DNA of 64,000 bases, taken from positions 11,326-75,325 of the forward strand of contig JAFSPF010000079.1 in NCBI GenBank assembly GCA_017443065.1, in the 5' to 3' direction. The position numbers were made by a program, and so were the translations under genes. Positions 21,546 through 30,663 of the stretch are shown one piece after another. The notes under the pieces were generated by a model. That model was not told where the DNA came from. It was given only the letters and a program-made list of their open reading frames with translations, and searched no databases. Source of the DNA: Lachnospiraceae bacterium. GTDB taxonomy: Bacteria > Bacillota > Clostridia > Lachnospirales > Lachnospiraceae. Position 1 is the first letter of the stretch, and each line of letters begins with the position of its first letter.

Positions 21546-24500
21546 TTATTCCGCTACCGCCAGATAGGCCAACTCGCCGCGCGTCACGGTATCGCTCAGG
21601 GGGTAGCTCTCCAGATCCGGCGCTTCCGCCGCGGCCGCGGGCTGCAGGGCCAGCATCGCCTTCAGCGTTTCCAGCGTTGCCTCCTTTGTCAGCTCGTCCT
21701 CCGCCTTGAGTCCGGAAAGGAATCCCATCTGCTGGAACATTCCAAGCGCCGTTTCCGCATCCGACATGCCGGCCATCATGACATAGGCAAATTCCCCGAC
21801 CGTCGCCGGCTCATCCACGCCGAAGACATCCTCTTCGAGCGGCTCCATGAAGCCCATACCGACCACTGTCTGCACGGCCTCATAGAATTCGTGATCCTCC
21901 GGCACGTCCGTGAATTCGAGATTCGTTTCCTCCCCGGACGCAGCGCCGAAGGGATTGAGGATTTCCTCATAGAGATCTTCATTGGCGTTGATCTTTGCGG
22001 CGGTGCCGGAGGTCGACATGCGGCCGGCTTCCAGAATCCTGTCGTAAATATCCGCAAGTTCCTTCACGCGTTCCGGTGTCACGCTCTTTGCCTGGCGCAT
22101 GTATTCCAGGGTCTTCTCCGTGCTCTTTCCCTTCAGGTGATTGTTCAGCGCCGTCATCGCACCGGTCAGCTCCCCGGCAGGCTTCGCATAGCCCACATAA
22201 GCGCTCATGATATAACCGTCAACCTCCTCCTGCGTGAGCTCCATCCCACGCAGTTTGTCTGCGACGGTGGCATACACATCAAAACTTTCCTTTACATTCG
22301 GATCGCGGTAAGTATAGATGAAAACGCCGGTATCCTCTTCAAACACGTTGAAGGCACCGTAGGCACCGTAACGGTCGCGCAGTTCCGGTAACAGAATCCG
22401 GTCATCCACGATCTGTGCGACCACGCCGAGATCAGCGGTATAACCGTCTTCGAGTCCCATGTCTTCATATCCCGCCACAATCATGTTGTACTGCACGCCG
22501 GACTCCGCGATCATGGCTTCTTTGTTTTTCGGTACCGGAAGATCATATGCCGCGGCTTCCGTCTCTTCGTATTCCATCGACTCCATAAAGGCGTCCGCCA
22601 GTGCACGGTTCGTCTCGATATCCGCTTCACTTCCCGCAAAGCATACGATGAAGCCATAGCGGTTGCGCAGTTTCTCCTGCACGGTTACGAGGCGTTCCGT
22701 CAGGTCTTTGATCCCCTCTTCATCCTCCGCCGCGAACATGTCCTGCAATTCCGCAAGGTAGGCATAATAATCGACACCCGCCAGATAGGACATAAAGCGC
22801 GCCTGTTCGTCAAAGGTTGCATACCCGCGGTTCAGCTGTTGCCCCACAGGCGACTGGTTATACTCATTGCGTTTCTGCGTATAAACGGCCTGCACGGCAT
22901 TGCTGAGTTTTTCCGGATCACTGAAGTCCAGTTCAAAAATGAGCTGGCGCATCAGGTCATAGCCTGCTTCCAGATCCTTCGTGTTGGCAATCCATCCCAT
23001 CTGCAGGTAGGGATGTGCGCCCCCTTCCTCCGTGCGGAGGTTCGAAACGGCAATCTGGGGGTTATAGGTATAACGCGCCATCTGTGTGTCGATTTCCGCA
23101 CGGCTTAAGTTTTCCGTTTCCAGATAGGCCGTCAGGTTGCGGAAGAGCATGAAGTCATGGATTTCCTCCGTTGCAAAGGATTGCGCGTCGATCATGAGCG
23201 TGACAAAGCCCACGCCGTCAACACCCGCAACCGCCTCCAGATAACGGACCTCTTCCTCCTCCCGCATCTCATCGCGGATCTCGTATTCGCGCGCTTCCTC
23301 GGGAAGATCGGCAACCTCCACGACCTTCAGCTGTGCGAGCATTTGTGCCGTGGCGTCATCGATCTCTTCCTCTGCGGGCGCTTCTTCCGTTGTTGCGGCA
23401 TCTGCACTGTCCTCTGTCGAGGCCGTGTCCGCGCTGTCCTCTGTGGAGGCTGTGTCTGTGGCATCCGATGTTCCCGTCGAGGCCGTATCGGCACTGTCTT
23501 CCGTGGACGCTTTGTCTGTCGCGCCCGTTGCGCCTGTGTCTGCGTTGTCCTCTGTCGAGGCCGTGTCCGCGCTGTCTTCTGTTGACGCTTCATCCGTGGC
23601 GTCGGTTTCTTCTTCCGCTGCCTCCTCTTCGCCCGCGTCAAACGTGCGGCTCTCTTCGATCAGCGTCGCGATCTCTTCCTTGCTCATGCCGGCCTTGATC
23701 TTCGCCAGCTCCGCCGCAAGCTCTGCGTCTTCCTTTTCCTTCAGTCCGGGTTCCGGATAGGTGGTGACAAGCGTTGTCGGTGTCTGCTCCTCATCCAGCA
23801 GTTTTTCCGCAATCGCTTTGAATGTACCGTCCGTATTCCATTCCGAAAGTTTCTCCACGGCATCATACTGTGCCATCATTTCCCAGGGATTCCCCGTGAT
23901 GGCATAGTAGTAGGCCAGGGTTGCGATGACATTGACTCCCGCGCTTTCATCCTCCCGCAACAGGCGGTTGCTCAGGGACTGTGTGGCCATCACGCCGTCG
24001 ATCAGTTCCTCCGGGAGACCGTTCTCCGCAATATCCGCAAGGGCATCGTTTACGATTTCCTGATATTTCTCCGCGTCTTCGCGGTTCACGTTCTCAATGC
24101 TGAACATCGGCAGAAGATCCGGTCCCGCGATCTCCACGCCGCAGGTCGCAACACCCGAGGGGAACTCCTGCTTCAGCGTCTGCGTCAGCGGAGAAGCATC
24201 CTGGGCCATCAGAACGCCGAACATCTGCAACGGCAGGGATTCCTCCTCCTCAAACGCGCTGCCCACAAAGTTGTAATAAACGATGGCCGCGTTCTCCGTC
24301 GGCGTGCCCTCCTCCACTGCGAAGGGGACTTCTTCCACGACCGATTCCGTGATGCGCTCGTAATCCTCCTCCACGAACCACGGCTCCGCCTCCTCCTCCG
24401 GCTCTTCCTCTGCAGGCGTCTCTGTCGATGCAGTGTCTGTACTGTCTTCTGGCGATGCGTCTGATGTCTCTGCTGTCGATGCATCTGATGTTGTTTCCTC

Positions 24501-25736
24501 ATCATCAGCGCCCGTCGCACCCGTTCCGGCATTGTCCGTCGCGCCTGTGCCGGCATCATCCGTCGTCGCCGTGTCTGTGCTGTCTGCCGTCGAAGCCGCA
24601 TCCGTTGCATCTTCTGTCGTTGCTTCGTCCGCTACATCTGTGCTTGCTTCGTCTGCCGCATCCGTGCTTGCTTCGTCTGCCGCGTCACTTGCTTCCGCAT
24701 CCGCGGCGTCTTCTACTTCCGCCTCTGCGTCTTCCTTGCCGAAGTTCGTGAAGACTTCGTTCAGCAGAGCCAGGAATTTTTCATATTCCACGATATCGCC
24801 GTAGAGGAAGGCCACGCAGTTATCCGGCGTATAGAAGGTATCGTGATAATCCTTCAGTTCCTGCCAGGTCATGTCCGGGATATCCTTCGGATCACCGCCG
24901 AAACTGTAGGTGATGGAGGTGCCGGGGAGCGATGCACGGATCGCGTTGAGGTTGGCCTGCGTTTGCTTGGTCGTCGCGCCGAGCATCTCGGAATACACCG
25001 TGCCTTCCATTGTAAGGTCATCCTCTTCGCTCTCCAGGCGGTAGCGCCAGGCCTCCGTGCGGTAGATGGATTCGTCTTCCATGATCATCGGGTAGAAGCA
25101 GCTGTCCGTATAATAATCCGCAAGCGCCAGAAGCTGTGCCTCCGAAAGCGAGGCGACCGGATAAGTCGTCATGCGGTCATAGGTCATCGCATTCATGAAG
25201 GTGTTGTATGTCTGGTACATCAGATTAAAGAACAGGGTCTTGGAGGGATATTTCTTTGAGCCGCCCAGTGTCGCATGTTCAAAGACATGCGGCAGTCCCT
25301 CGTTGTTGATGGAATGGGTAAGAAATGTCAGATCAAAGGCGCGGTTCGTGTCGTCGTTATGAATGTACATGAGCTTCGCGCCGCTGTCCTCATGGGAAAA
25401 CCAGCCGACCTCCGCGCCCATGATTTCAAAATCCCGCACTTCCAGGAGTGTGAAGCCCTCCACGGTTTCCCCGACCTCCGGGAAGCCCGCAAACTGCGGC
25501 CCTTCCTCCACGGGTTCTTCTTCCGCTTCCGCTTCCTCTGCCGGCTCCGTCGTTTCTCCCGTGCTCGCCGCAGCGGAAGAGCCGCGCGGTGCCGGAATCG
25601 TGATCGTCGTGCTCCTGGAACTTCCGGCACTGGAGGATCGGGTGCTGCTGCCGCCGCTACCGCACCCCGTCAACAATGCGCATACCAAAATCAGCGCCCA
25701 TACGGACGCAAGCCTGCCAAAGCCCCTGCTTTTCAT
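21546..25736 (-). CDS. very large lipoprotein M16 (insulinase/PreP-like) metallopeptidase with two acidic S/T/D/A-rich inserts and an SLH-like C-terminal module
   Basis: Lipobox signal MKSRGFGRLASVWALILVCALLTGCG. HxxEH zinc motif (HVFEHATLGGSKKYP). AAAGGAG RBS before the ATG at 25736. Confidence 0.85.
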   Translation of the reverse strand: MKSRGFGRLASVWALILVCALLTGCGSGGSSTRSSSAGSSRSTTITIPAPRGSSAAASTGETTEPAEEAEAEEEPVEEGPQFAGFPEVGETVEGFTLLEVRDFEIMGAEVGWFSHEDSGAKLMYIHNDDTNRAFDLTFLTHSINNEGLPHVFEHATLGGSKKYPSKTLFFNLMYQTYNTFMNAMTYDRMTTYPVASLSEAQLLALADYYTDSCFYPMIMEDESIYRTEAWRYRLESEEDDLTMEGTVYSEMLGATTKQTQANLNAIRASLPGTSITYSFGGDPKDIPDMTWQELKDYHDTFYTPDNCVAFLYGDIVEYEKFLALLNEVFTNFGKEDAEAEVEDAADAEASDAADEASTDAADEASTDVADEATTEDATDAASTADSTDTATTDDAGTGATDNAGTGATGADDEETTSDASTAETSDASPEDSTDTASTETPAEEEPEEEAEPWFVEEDYERITESVVEEVPFAVEEGTPTENAAIVYYNFVGSAFEEEESLPLQMFGVLMAQDASPLTQTLKQEFPSGVATCGVEIAGPDLLPMFSIENVNREDAEKYQEIVNDALADIAENGLPEELIDGVMATQSLSNRLLREDESAGVNVIATLAYYYAITGNPWEMMAQYDAVEKLSEWNTDGTFKAIAEKLLDEEQTPTTLVTTYPEPGLKEKEDAELAAELAKIKAGMSKEEIATLIEESRTFDAGEEEAAEEETDATDEASTEDSADTASTEDNADTGATGATDKASTEDSADTASTGTSDATDTASTEDSADTASTEDSADAATTEEAPAEEEIDDATAQMLAQLKVVEVADLPEEAREYEIRDEMREEEEVRYLEAVAGVDGVGFVTLMIDAQSFATEEIHDFMLFRNLTAYLETENLSRAEIDTQMARYTYNPQIAVSNLRTEEGGAHPYLQMGWIANTKDLEAGYDLMRQLIFELDFSDPEKLSNAVQAVYTQKRNEYNQSPVGQQLNRGYATFDEQARFMSYLAGVDYYAYLAELQDMFAAEDEEGIKDLTERLVTVQEKLRNRYGFIVCFAGSEADIETNRALADAFMESMEYEETEAAAYDLPVPKNKEAMIAESGVQYNMIVAGYEDMGLEDGYTADLGVVAQIVDDRILLPELRDRYGAYGAFNVFEEDTGVFIYTYRDPNVKESFDVYATVADKLRGMELTQEEVDGYIMSAYVGYAKPAGELTGAMTALNNHLKGKSTEKTLEYMRQAKSVTPERVKELADIYDRILEAGRMSTSGTAAKINANEDLYEEILNPFGAASGEETNLEFTDVPEDHEFYEAVQTVVGMGFMEPLEEDVFGVDEPATVGEFAYVMMAGMSDAETALGMFQQMGFLSGLKAEDELTKEATLETLKAMLALQPAAAAEAPDLESYPLSDTVTRGELAYLAVAE

Positions 25737-26011
25737 TCCCCTTACTCCTTTCTGTAAGCCAAAATTACAATATATAATAACATTTTTCCGGGGGAGATAC
25801 AAGATGTTGATTTCGGCCTTTTACGTCATACTGATTCATGCAACGGATTGCTTCGCACTTCGTGCTTCCGCAATCCTCCCGCCCATTCGGAAATCGCCCC
25901 GCTCACTTCGTTTCGCGTGGCTGTTTTCCTCATGTCCGGGTGCGGGACAAATAAAAAAACGGCGGCTCATGCGAGCATGGCCACCGTGTTTTTGCTTGTC
26001 CCTTGCATGAA

Positions 26012-26488
26012 TTAATATCCAAACTCCATCACCCAGTAGCTGACGCCGTTCTCCGTGTAGCCTGCGATGCCGACCGATTCATAGCTGCCGTCGAGGATCA
26101 GTTCCCTGTGGCTCGGGGAGGCCATCCAGCGGGCCACGATGCCTTCTGCGTCGCGGTTCTTGGTGGAGCGGTAAAGGTTTTCACCGTACATTACTTTCTT
26201 GTTGACCGTGTACCATGCGCGTCCGTCGGGTCTTGTGTGGGAGAAGTAGCTCTTCAGTTCCACCGAGCGGACCGCCGCGCAATCATACAGTGCGCCGTCC
26301 CAGTCCAGTGCTTCATATCCGTACTGTGCACGCACCTCATTCAGTTCGTCGTAAACTTCCTGCACCGTGACAGCCGTACCTGCCGCATCCGAGCGGATCG
26401 ACTCAAAGTGAAACAGTGTGAAAATGAGCAGAACCGCCAGAATCAAAAGCACGATGTTCTTATGTTGAAATCTTGTTGTTGTTCTCAT
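26012..26488 (-). CDS. CAP/SCP (YkwD-like) domain secreted protein
   Basis: N-terminal TM/signal. Motifs YGENLY and SPSHRELIL. GGAGG RBS before the ATG at 26488. Confidence 0.8.
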   Translation of the reverse strand: MRTTTRFQHKNIVLLILAVLLIFTLFHFESIRSDAAGTAVTVQEVYDELNEVRAQYGYEALDWDGALYDCAAVRSVELKSYFSHTRPDGRAWYTVNKKVMYGENLYRSTKNRDAEGIVARWMASPSHRELILDGSYESVGIAGYTENGVSYWVMEFGY

Positions 26489-26761
26489 AGCGTTCCTCCT
26501 TTTTCCCAGGATATGCATCCGGCTTCCTTGCTAATTTTTCTACGGCATCCTTGCCTTACACTCTTTATATCGATCAATATTTTGGGATGTTTAGAAAAAA
26601 AATAACAATTTGTGATAATATCAAAACCCACGTCAGAATTACATTTATTTTTGCGAACTTTTTTATTTATGATGCGAATTATGATATTTTAGAAATGGTC
26701 AGCGACTTGGGTTAACGTTATTTTAGAATTATATAGACGTTATATTGAACGTTCTTGAAAC

Positions 26762-26794
26762 AAAAGTGTCAGGGGATACACCCCTGACACTTTT
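26762..26794 (-). terminator. rho-independent (bidirectional) terminator ending the thl-crt-hbd transcript
   Basis: A perfect 10-bp stem GTGTCAGGGG/CCCCTGACAC with a 5-nt loop, flanked by AAAA and TTTT. Confidence 0.85.
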
Positions 26795-26845
26795 AATGAA
26801 GTCTCTGTTACGAAGCCCCTGGCGTCGCCGCGCCGCGTGATGACA

Positions 26846-26975
26846 TGCATTCCGGCGAGCGGCTTGTTCGCCACGGAGCCGGGACGTGCGCATCGTGAGC
26901 GCCTCTGCGCGATGCGATGTGCGTTTCGGCCCGGCGCAGTGTCCGGCGAAACCGGAGCGAGACGGAATCATTCAG
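26846..26975. repeat. structured ~130-bp repeat, copy A (in the hbd 3' UTR)
   Basis: About 80% identical by eye, in the same orientation, to 60691..60823. It contains a long imperfect palindrome: GCCGGG..GCGCATCG pairs with CGATGTGC..CCCGGC, and TTCGCC with GGCGAA. Confidence 0.8.
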
Positions 26976-27009
26976 CACGCAGGCAGGCGACTCACAATCC
27001 GGCACCCAC

Positions 27010-27882
27010 TCACTTTTTATCCGTCGGCACCTTCCCGTCGCTGTAATCATAGAACCCGATGCCGGTCTTCATGCCGAGCTTGCCGGCGCGCACCATCTTG
27101 CGCAGAAGCGGCGCGGGACGGTACTTGTCATCGCCCGTCTCCTTATGCAGCACTTCCATGATAGCGAGGACGACGTCCAGGCCGATCAGGTCCGCGAGTT
27201 CCAACGGCCCCATCGGGTGATTGCAGCCGAGCTTCATGGCCGTGTCGATGCCGGCGATATCCGCGACGCCCTCGCTGTAAACGAAGATGCCCTCGTTGCA
27301 GAGCGGGATCAGGATGCGGTTGACGACAAAGCCTGCCGCCTCATTTACCTGCACCGGCGTCTTGCCGATCTTCTCCGAGATGGAGATGATCTCTTTGGTG
27401 ATGTCCTCCGGCGTGTTGAGGCCCGCGATCACTTCCACGAGCTTCATCACCGGTGCCGGATTGAAGAAGTGCATGCCGACGACCGGATGCTTAAGCCCCG
27501 CGCCGATCTCCGTGATGGAGAGGGAGGAGGTGTTGGTCGCATAGATGCACTTATCGTTCTTGACGATGTTCTCCTGCAGATTCTTGAAGGTCTCCTTCTT
27601 GATCTCCATGTTCTCGATGGCGGCTTCCACCACGAGATCCGCGTCCGTGCAGATGTCCGCAAGGCCTGTCTTGATCTTGGCGCAGATCCCGTCCGCGGCA
27701 CCCTGCTCCATCTTACCCTTCGAGACCATCTTGTCCAGACCCTTTTTGATCTTGGCAGCGCCGCCGTCCGCGAATTCCTGCTTGATGTCACACAGATAGA
27801 CGGTGTCGACGAAGTCCGCCTGCGCGAAGACCTGGGCAATGCCCGAACCCATGGCGCCCGCGCCGATGACTGCTACTTTCAT
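27010..27882 (-). CDS. hbd: 3-hydroxybutyryl-CoA dehydrogenase
   Basis: [23 protein letters not shown] fold, and the whole length is Hbd-like. AAGGAGG RBS before the ATG at 27882. The track ORF extends spuriously upstream. Confidence 0.93.
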   Translation of the reverse strand: MKVAVIGAGAMGSGIAQVFAQADFVDTVYLCDIKQEFADGGAAKIKKGLDKMVSKGKMEQGAADGICAKIKTGLADICTDADLVVEAAIENMEIKKETFKNLQENIVKNDKCIYATNTSSLSITEIGAGLKHPVVGMHFFNPAPVMKLVEVIAGLNTPEDITKEIISISEKIGKTPVQVNEAAGFVVNRILIPLCNEGIFVYSEGVADIAGIDTAMKLGCNHPMGPLELADLIGLDVVLAIMEVLHKETGDDKYRPAPLLRKMVRAGKLGMKTGIGFYDYSDGKVPTDKK

Positions 27883-27898
27883 ATCATACCCTCCTTGC

Positions 27899-28675
27899 TT
27901 AGTTGTTGGTGAACGTTTTCTCTTTGCGCTTCTCCAGGAAGGCACCCATGCCCTCCTTCTGGTCATGCGTTTCGAAGCAGGCGCCGAAGATCTTCTCTTC
28001 GACCACGATCGCTTCGTCCATCGGAAGGTCAAGGCCCTTGTTCACGGCCTCCTTGCAGCCGCGGACGGCGATCGGCGCGTTCTGTGCGATGCCCGCCGCC
28101 ATCTTCTCCACGGTCGGCATCAGCTCCGCCTGCGGCACGACCTGATTTACGAGACCCAGACGCAGCGCCTCCTCCGCCTTGATGTTGCGCGCGGTGTACA
28201 GCAGCTGCTTCGCCATGCCGGGGCCGATCAGGCGCGCAAGACGCTGCGTGCCGCCGAAGCCCGGCGTGATGCCGAGGCCCGCTTCGGGCTGACCGAACAT
28301 CGCGTTGTCCGAGCAGATGCGGAAATCACAGCTCATCGCGATCTCACAGCCGCCGCCCAGGGCAAAGCCGTTCACCGCCGCAATCACGGGGATCGGGAAG
28401 GTCTCCAGCTTGCGGAAGACATCATTGCCCTTCTTGCCGAAGGCCTCGCCCTCCGCCTTGGTGAGCGAGGACATCTCCGCGATGTCCGCACCGGCGACAA
28501 AGCTCTTTTCGCCGGCACCCGTCAGGATCAGGCAGCGGATCGTGTTCTGATCCACGCCGTCAATGACGGCGGAAAGCTCATCCAGCACCGCGCTGTTGAG
28601 CGCGTTCAGGGCCTCCGGGCGGTTGATGGTGATGATGCCGACGGCATCCTTTACTTCATATTCTACAAATGCCAT
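27899..28675 (-). CDS. crt: short-chain enoyl-CoA hydratase (crotonase)
   Basis: Motifs [14 protein letters not shown] and GGGCE. AAAGGAG RBS. Confidence 0.92.
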   Translation of the reverse strand: MAFVEYEVKDAVGIITINRPEALNALNSAVLDELSAVIDGVDQNTIRCLILTGAGEKSFVAGADIAEMSSLTKAEGEAFGKKGNDVFRKLETFPIPVIAAVNGFALGGGCEIAMSCDFRICSDNAMFGQPEAGLGITPGFGGTQRLARLIGPGMAKQLLYTARNIKAEEALRLGLVNQVVPQAELMPTVEKMAAGIAQNAPIAVRGCKEAVNKGLDLPMDEAIVVEEKIFGACFETHDQKEGMGAFLEKRKEKTFTNN

Positions 28676-28686
28676 TTTGACTCCTT

Positions 28687-29868
28687 TCAGATCTTTTCAA
28701 CGATGGTGGCGCATCCCATACCGCCGCCGATGCAGAGCGTCGCAAGACCCTTCTTCGCATCGTCGCGTTTCTGCATCTCATGCAGCAGCGTGACCAGGAT
28801 ACGGCAGCCGGAGGCACCGACCGGATGGCCGAGCGCGATGGCGCCGCCGTTGACGTTCAGCTTGGAAAGATCGAAGTTCAGATCCCTGCCGACCGCGATC
28901 GACTGTGCCGCGAAGGCTTCGTTCGCTTCGTAGAGATCAATGTCATCAATGGTAAGGCCGGTGCGCTCGAAGACCTTCTTCGTGGCGGCAACCGGTCCGA
29001 CACCCATGATCTCCGGCTTCACGCCGCCGAGCGCGCCGCAGATCCAGGTCGCCATCGGCTTTACGCCGAGCTCCTGCGCCTTCTCTTCGCTCATCACGAC
29101 CACACAGGCCGCACCGTCGTTGATACCGGAGGCATTCGCCGCCGTCGTGACGCCGCCTTCGTTGATCGCGCGCAGCTTGCTGATTGATTCGGCCGTCACG
29201 CCCGCACGCGGGAATTCGTCTTTATCAAAGATCTTTGTCTCTTTCTTGACCTTGACCTCAACGCCGACGATCTCATCCTTGAAGCGGTCGGAATTCTGTG
29301 CCGCCTCTGCCTTGTTCTGGCTGTTCGCGGCGAATTCGTCCACCTGCTCACGCGTGATATTCCATTCCTTCGCCACGTTGTCCGCCGTCTGGATCATGTG
29401 ATAATTATTGAACGCATCCCAGAGCGCGTCCTTGATCATGCAGTCAATGAGCGTCCCGTTGTTCATGCGATAGCCGTAACGCGCCTTGTCAAGCGCAAAC
29501 GGTGCCATGGACATGTTTTCCATACCGCCGGCCACGACGATATCCGCCGCACCCGCGAGGATCTTTTCCGCTGCCATATTGACACAGTTCAGACCGGAAC
29601 CGCAGACAACGTTGATCGTCACTGCCGGCACTTCCACGGGAAGACCCGCCTTGATCGATGCCTGACGCGCAACGTTCTGTCCGAGGGACGCCTGGATGAC
29701 ACAGCCCATCAGCACTTCATCCACCTGCTCGCCCTTGACGCCTGCTCTGTTCAATGCTTCTTTGATGACGACAGCACCCAACTCTGCTGCCGGCGTGTTT
29801 GATAACGTTCCGCCGAAACTTCCAATCGCGGTTCTTACCGCACCGGCAATCACTACCTTTTTAGCCAT
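28687..29868 (-). CDS. thlA: acetyl-CoA C-acetyltransferase (thiolase)
   Basis: [16 protein letters not shown] start. Active-site contexts [18 protein letters not shown] and CIGGGMG. I chose the ATG at 29868, which has an RBS. Confidence 0.93.
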   Translation of the reverse strand: MAKKVVIAGAVRTAIGSFGGTLSNTPAAELGAVVIKEALNRAGVKGEQVDEVLMGCVIQASLGQNVARQASIKAGLPVEVPAVTINVVCGSGLNCVNMAAEKILAGAADIVVAGGMENMSMAPFALDKARYGYRMNNGTLIDCMIKDALWDAFNNYHMIQTADNVAKEWNITREQVDEFAANSQNKAEAAQNSDRFKDEIVGVEVKVKKETKIFDKDEFPRAGVTAESISKLRAINEGGVTTAANASGINDGAACVVVMSEEKAQELGVKPMATWICGALGGVKPEIMGVGPVAATKKVFERTGLTIDDIDLYEANEAFAAQSIAVGRDLNFDLSKLNVNGGAIALGHPVGASGCRILVTLLHEMQKRDDAKKGLATLCIGGGMGCATIVEKI

Positions 29869-29898
29869 ACCCTCTTCTCCTTTCAACACTGTTTACGG

Positions 29899-30429
29899 TT
29901 ACTCTTCCGGTTCCAATATCCCATAAGTCCCGCCCTTGCGTTTATAGACGACGTTGGTCTCGTCCGTTTCCGCATTGACGAAGACATAGAACCCGTGCCC
30001 CAAAAGCTCCATCTGGATGCAGGCATCCTCCGGATACATCGGCTTGATGTCGAAGCGCTTGACGCGCTCGATCTTGATCTCGTCCTCCTCCGTGAATTCC
30101 TTTTCGATGAATTCCCGCTTGAAGGACGCGGATGCATCCTGATGTTTGTCAATCAGTTTGTTCTTGTACTTCTTCAGTTGGCGTTCGATGACTTCTTCCA
30201 CCAGATCGATGGAGACATACATATCATTGGAAACCTGTTCGGAGCGGATGATCTTCCCCTTGACGGGAATCGTGACCTCGATCTTATGGCGCTCCTTGTC
30301 CACGCTTAAGACCACGTTGACCTTGGTGTCCGGAGCAAAATAGCGCTCCAGCTTCCCGAGCTTTTCCTCCACCGCGCTCCGCAGTCCGCTGGTGACGTCC
30401 ACGTTTTTACCCACCATCGTAATATTCAT
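29899..30429 (-). CDS. hpf: ribosome hibernation promoting factor, long form
   Basis: MNITMVGKNVDVT N-terminus plus a C-terminal dimerisation domain. GGAGGG RBS upstream of the ATG at 30429. Confidence 0.9.
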   Translation of the reverse strand: MNITMVGKNVDVTSGLRSAVEEKLGKLERYFAPDTKVNVVLSVDKERHKIEVTIPVKGKIIRSEQVSNDMYVSIDLVEEVIERQLKKYKNKLIDKHQDASASFKREFIEKEFTEEDEIKIERVKRFDIKPMYPEDACIQMELLGHGFYVFVNAETDETNVVYKRKGGTYGILEPEE

Positions 30430-30486
30430 AGATAGCACTCCCTCCTTGTTGACGGTATTTCCTACAGAAAATAAAGGATTATTACA

Positions 30487-30515
30487 AGTATAACCTATTG
30501 TAATTGTAGTCGCAA
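30487..30515 (-). promoter_or_regulatory. candidate sigma-70 promoter of hpf
   Basis: On the minus strand: TTGCGA, a 17-nt spacer, then TATACT, about 55 nt upstream of the hpf start. Confidence 0.45.
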
Positions 30516-30589
30516 GTGAGAAATAAGGAGTACCTCAGAGCCAAGCTCGAAAACGCAGAGCGTTTCCTCGCTTTTGGCTCTCGCCAAAT

Positions 30590-30649
30590 GGATATAAAAA
30601 ATACAGGTCCTTCGCAAGCAAGCTTGCAGAACCTGTATTTTTCATATCC
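30590..30649 (-). terminator. rho-independent terminator after the NlpC/P60 gene (bidirectional shape)
   Basis: A ~19-bp stem GGATATAAAAAATACAGGT / ACCTGTATTTTTCATATCC around a 22-nt loop. A U-run follows on the minus strand. It is nested inside a 14-bp outer inverted repeat (30533-30546 / 30650-30663). Confidence 0.8.
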
Positions 30650-30663
30650 GCTTGGCTCTGAGG

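Noticed and set aside
23340-24740. Periodic DNA repeats considered as a possible CRISPR array or non-coding tandem repeat
   Set aside because: The repeats are imperfect and have no unique spacers. They lie in-frame inside the M16 peptidase ORF and encode acidic S/T/D/A-rich inserts. I saw no CRISPR-like array anywhere in the window.
26808-27050. 80-aa minus-strand ORF through repeat copy A, whose peptide resembles the DUF362 linker
   Set aside because: It would overlap the 3' end of hbd in another frame and has no RBS. The peptide similarity follows simply from the DNA repeat. I treat it as non-coding 3' UTR.
26917-28933. Plus-strand ORFs of 331 and 376 aa, plus similar long shadow ORFs at 9893..10828, 8831..9736, 15670..16875, 31459..32325 and 33502..34440
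   Set aside because: All are antisense to genes with unambiguous family motifs (hbd, crt, dhaK, the FAD oxidoreductase, the SBP, NlpC/P60, cysE). None has an RBS or recognisable domains.
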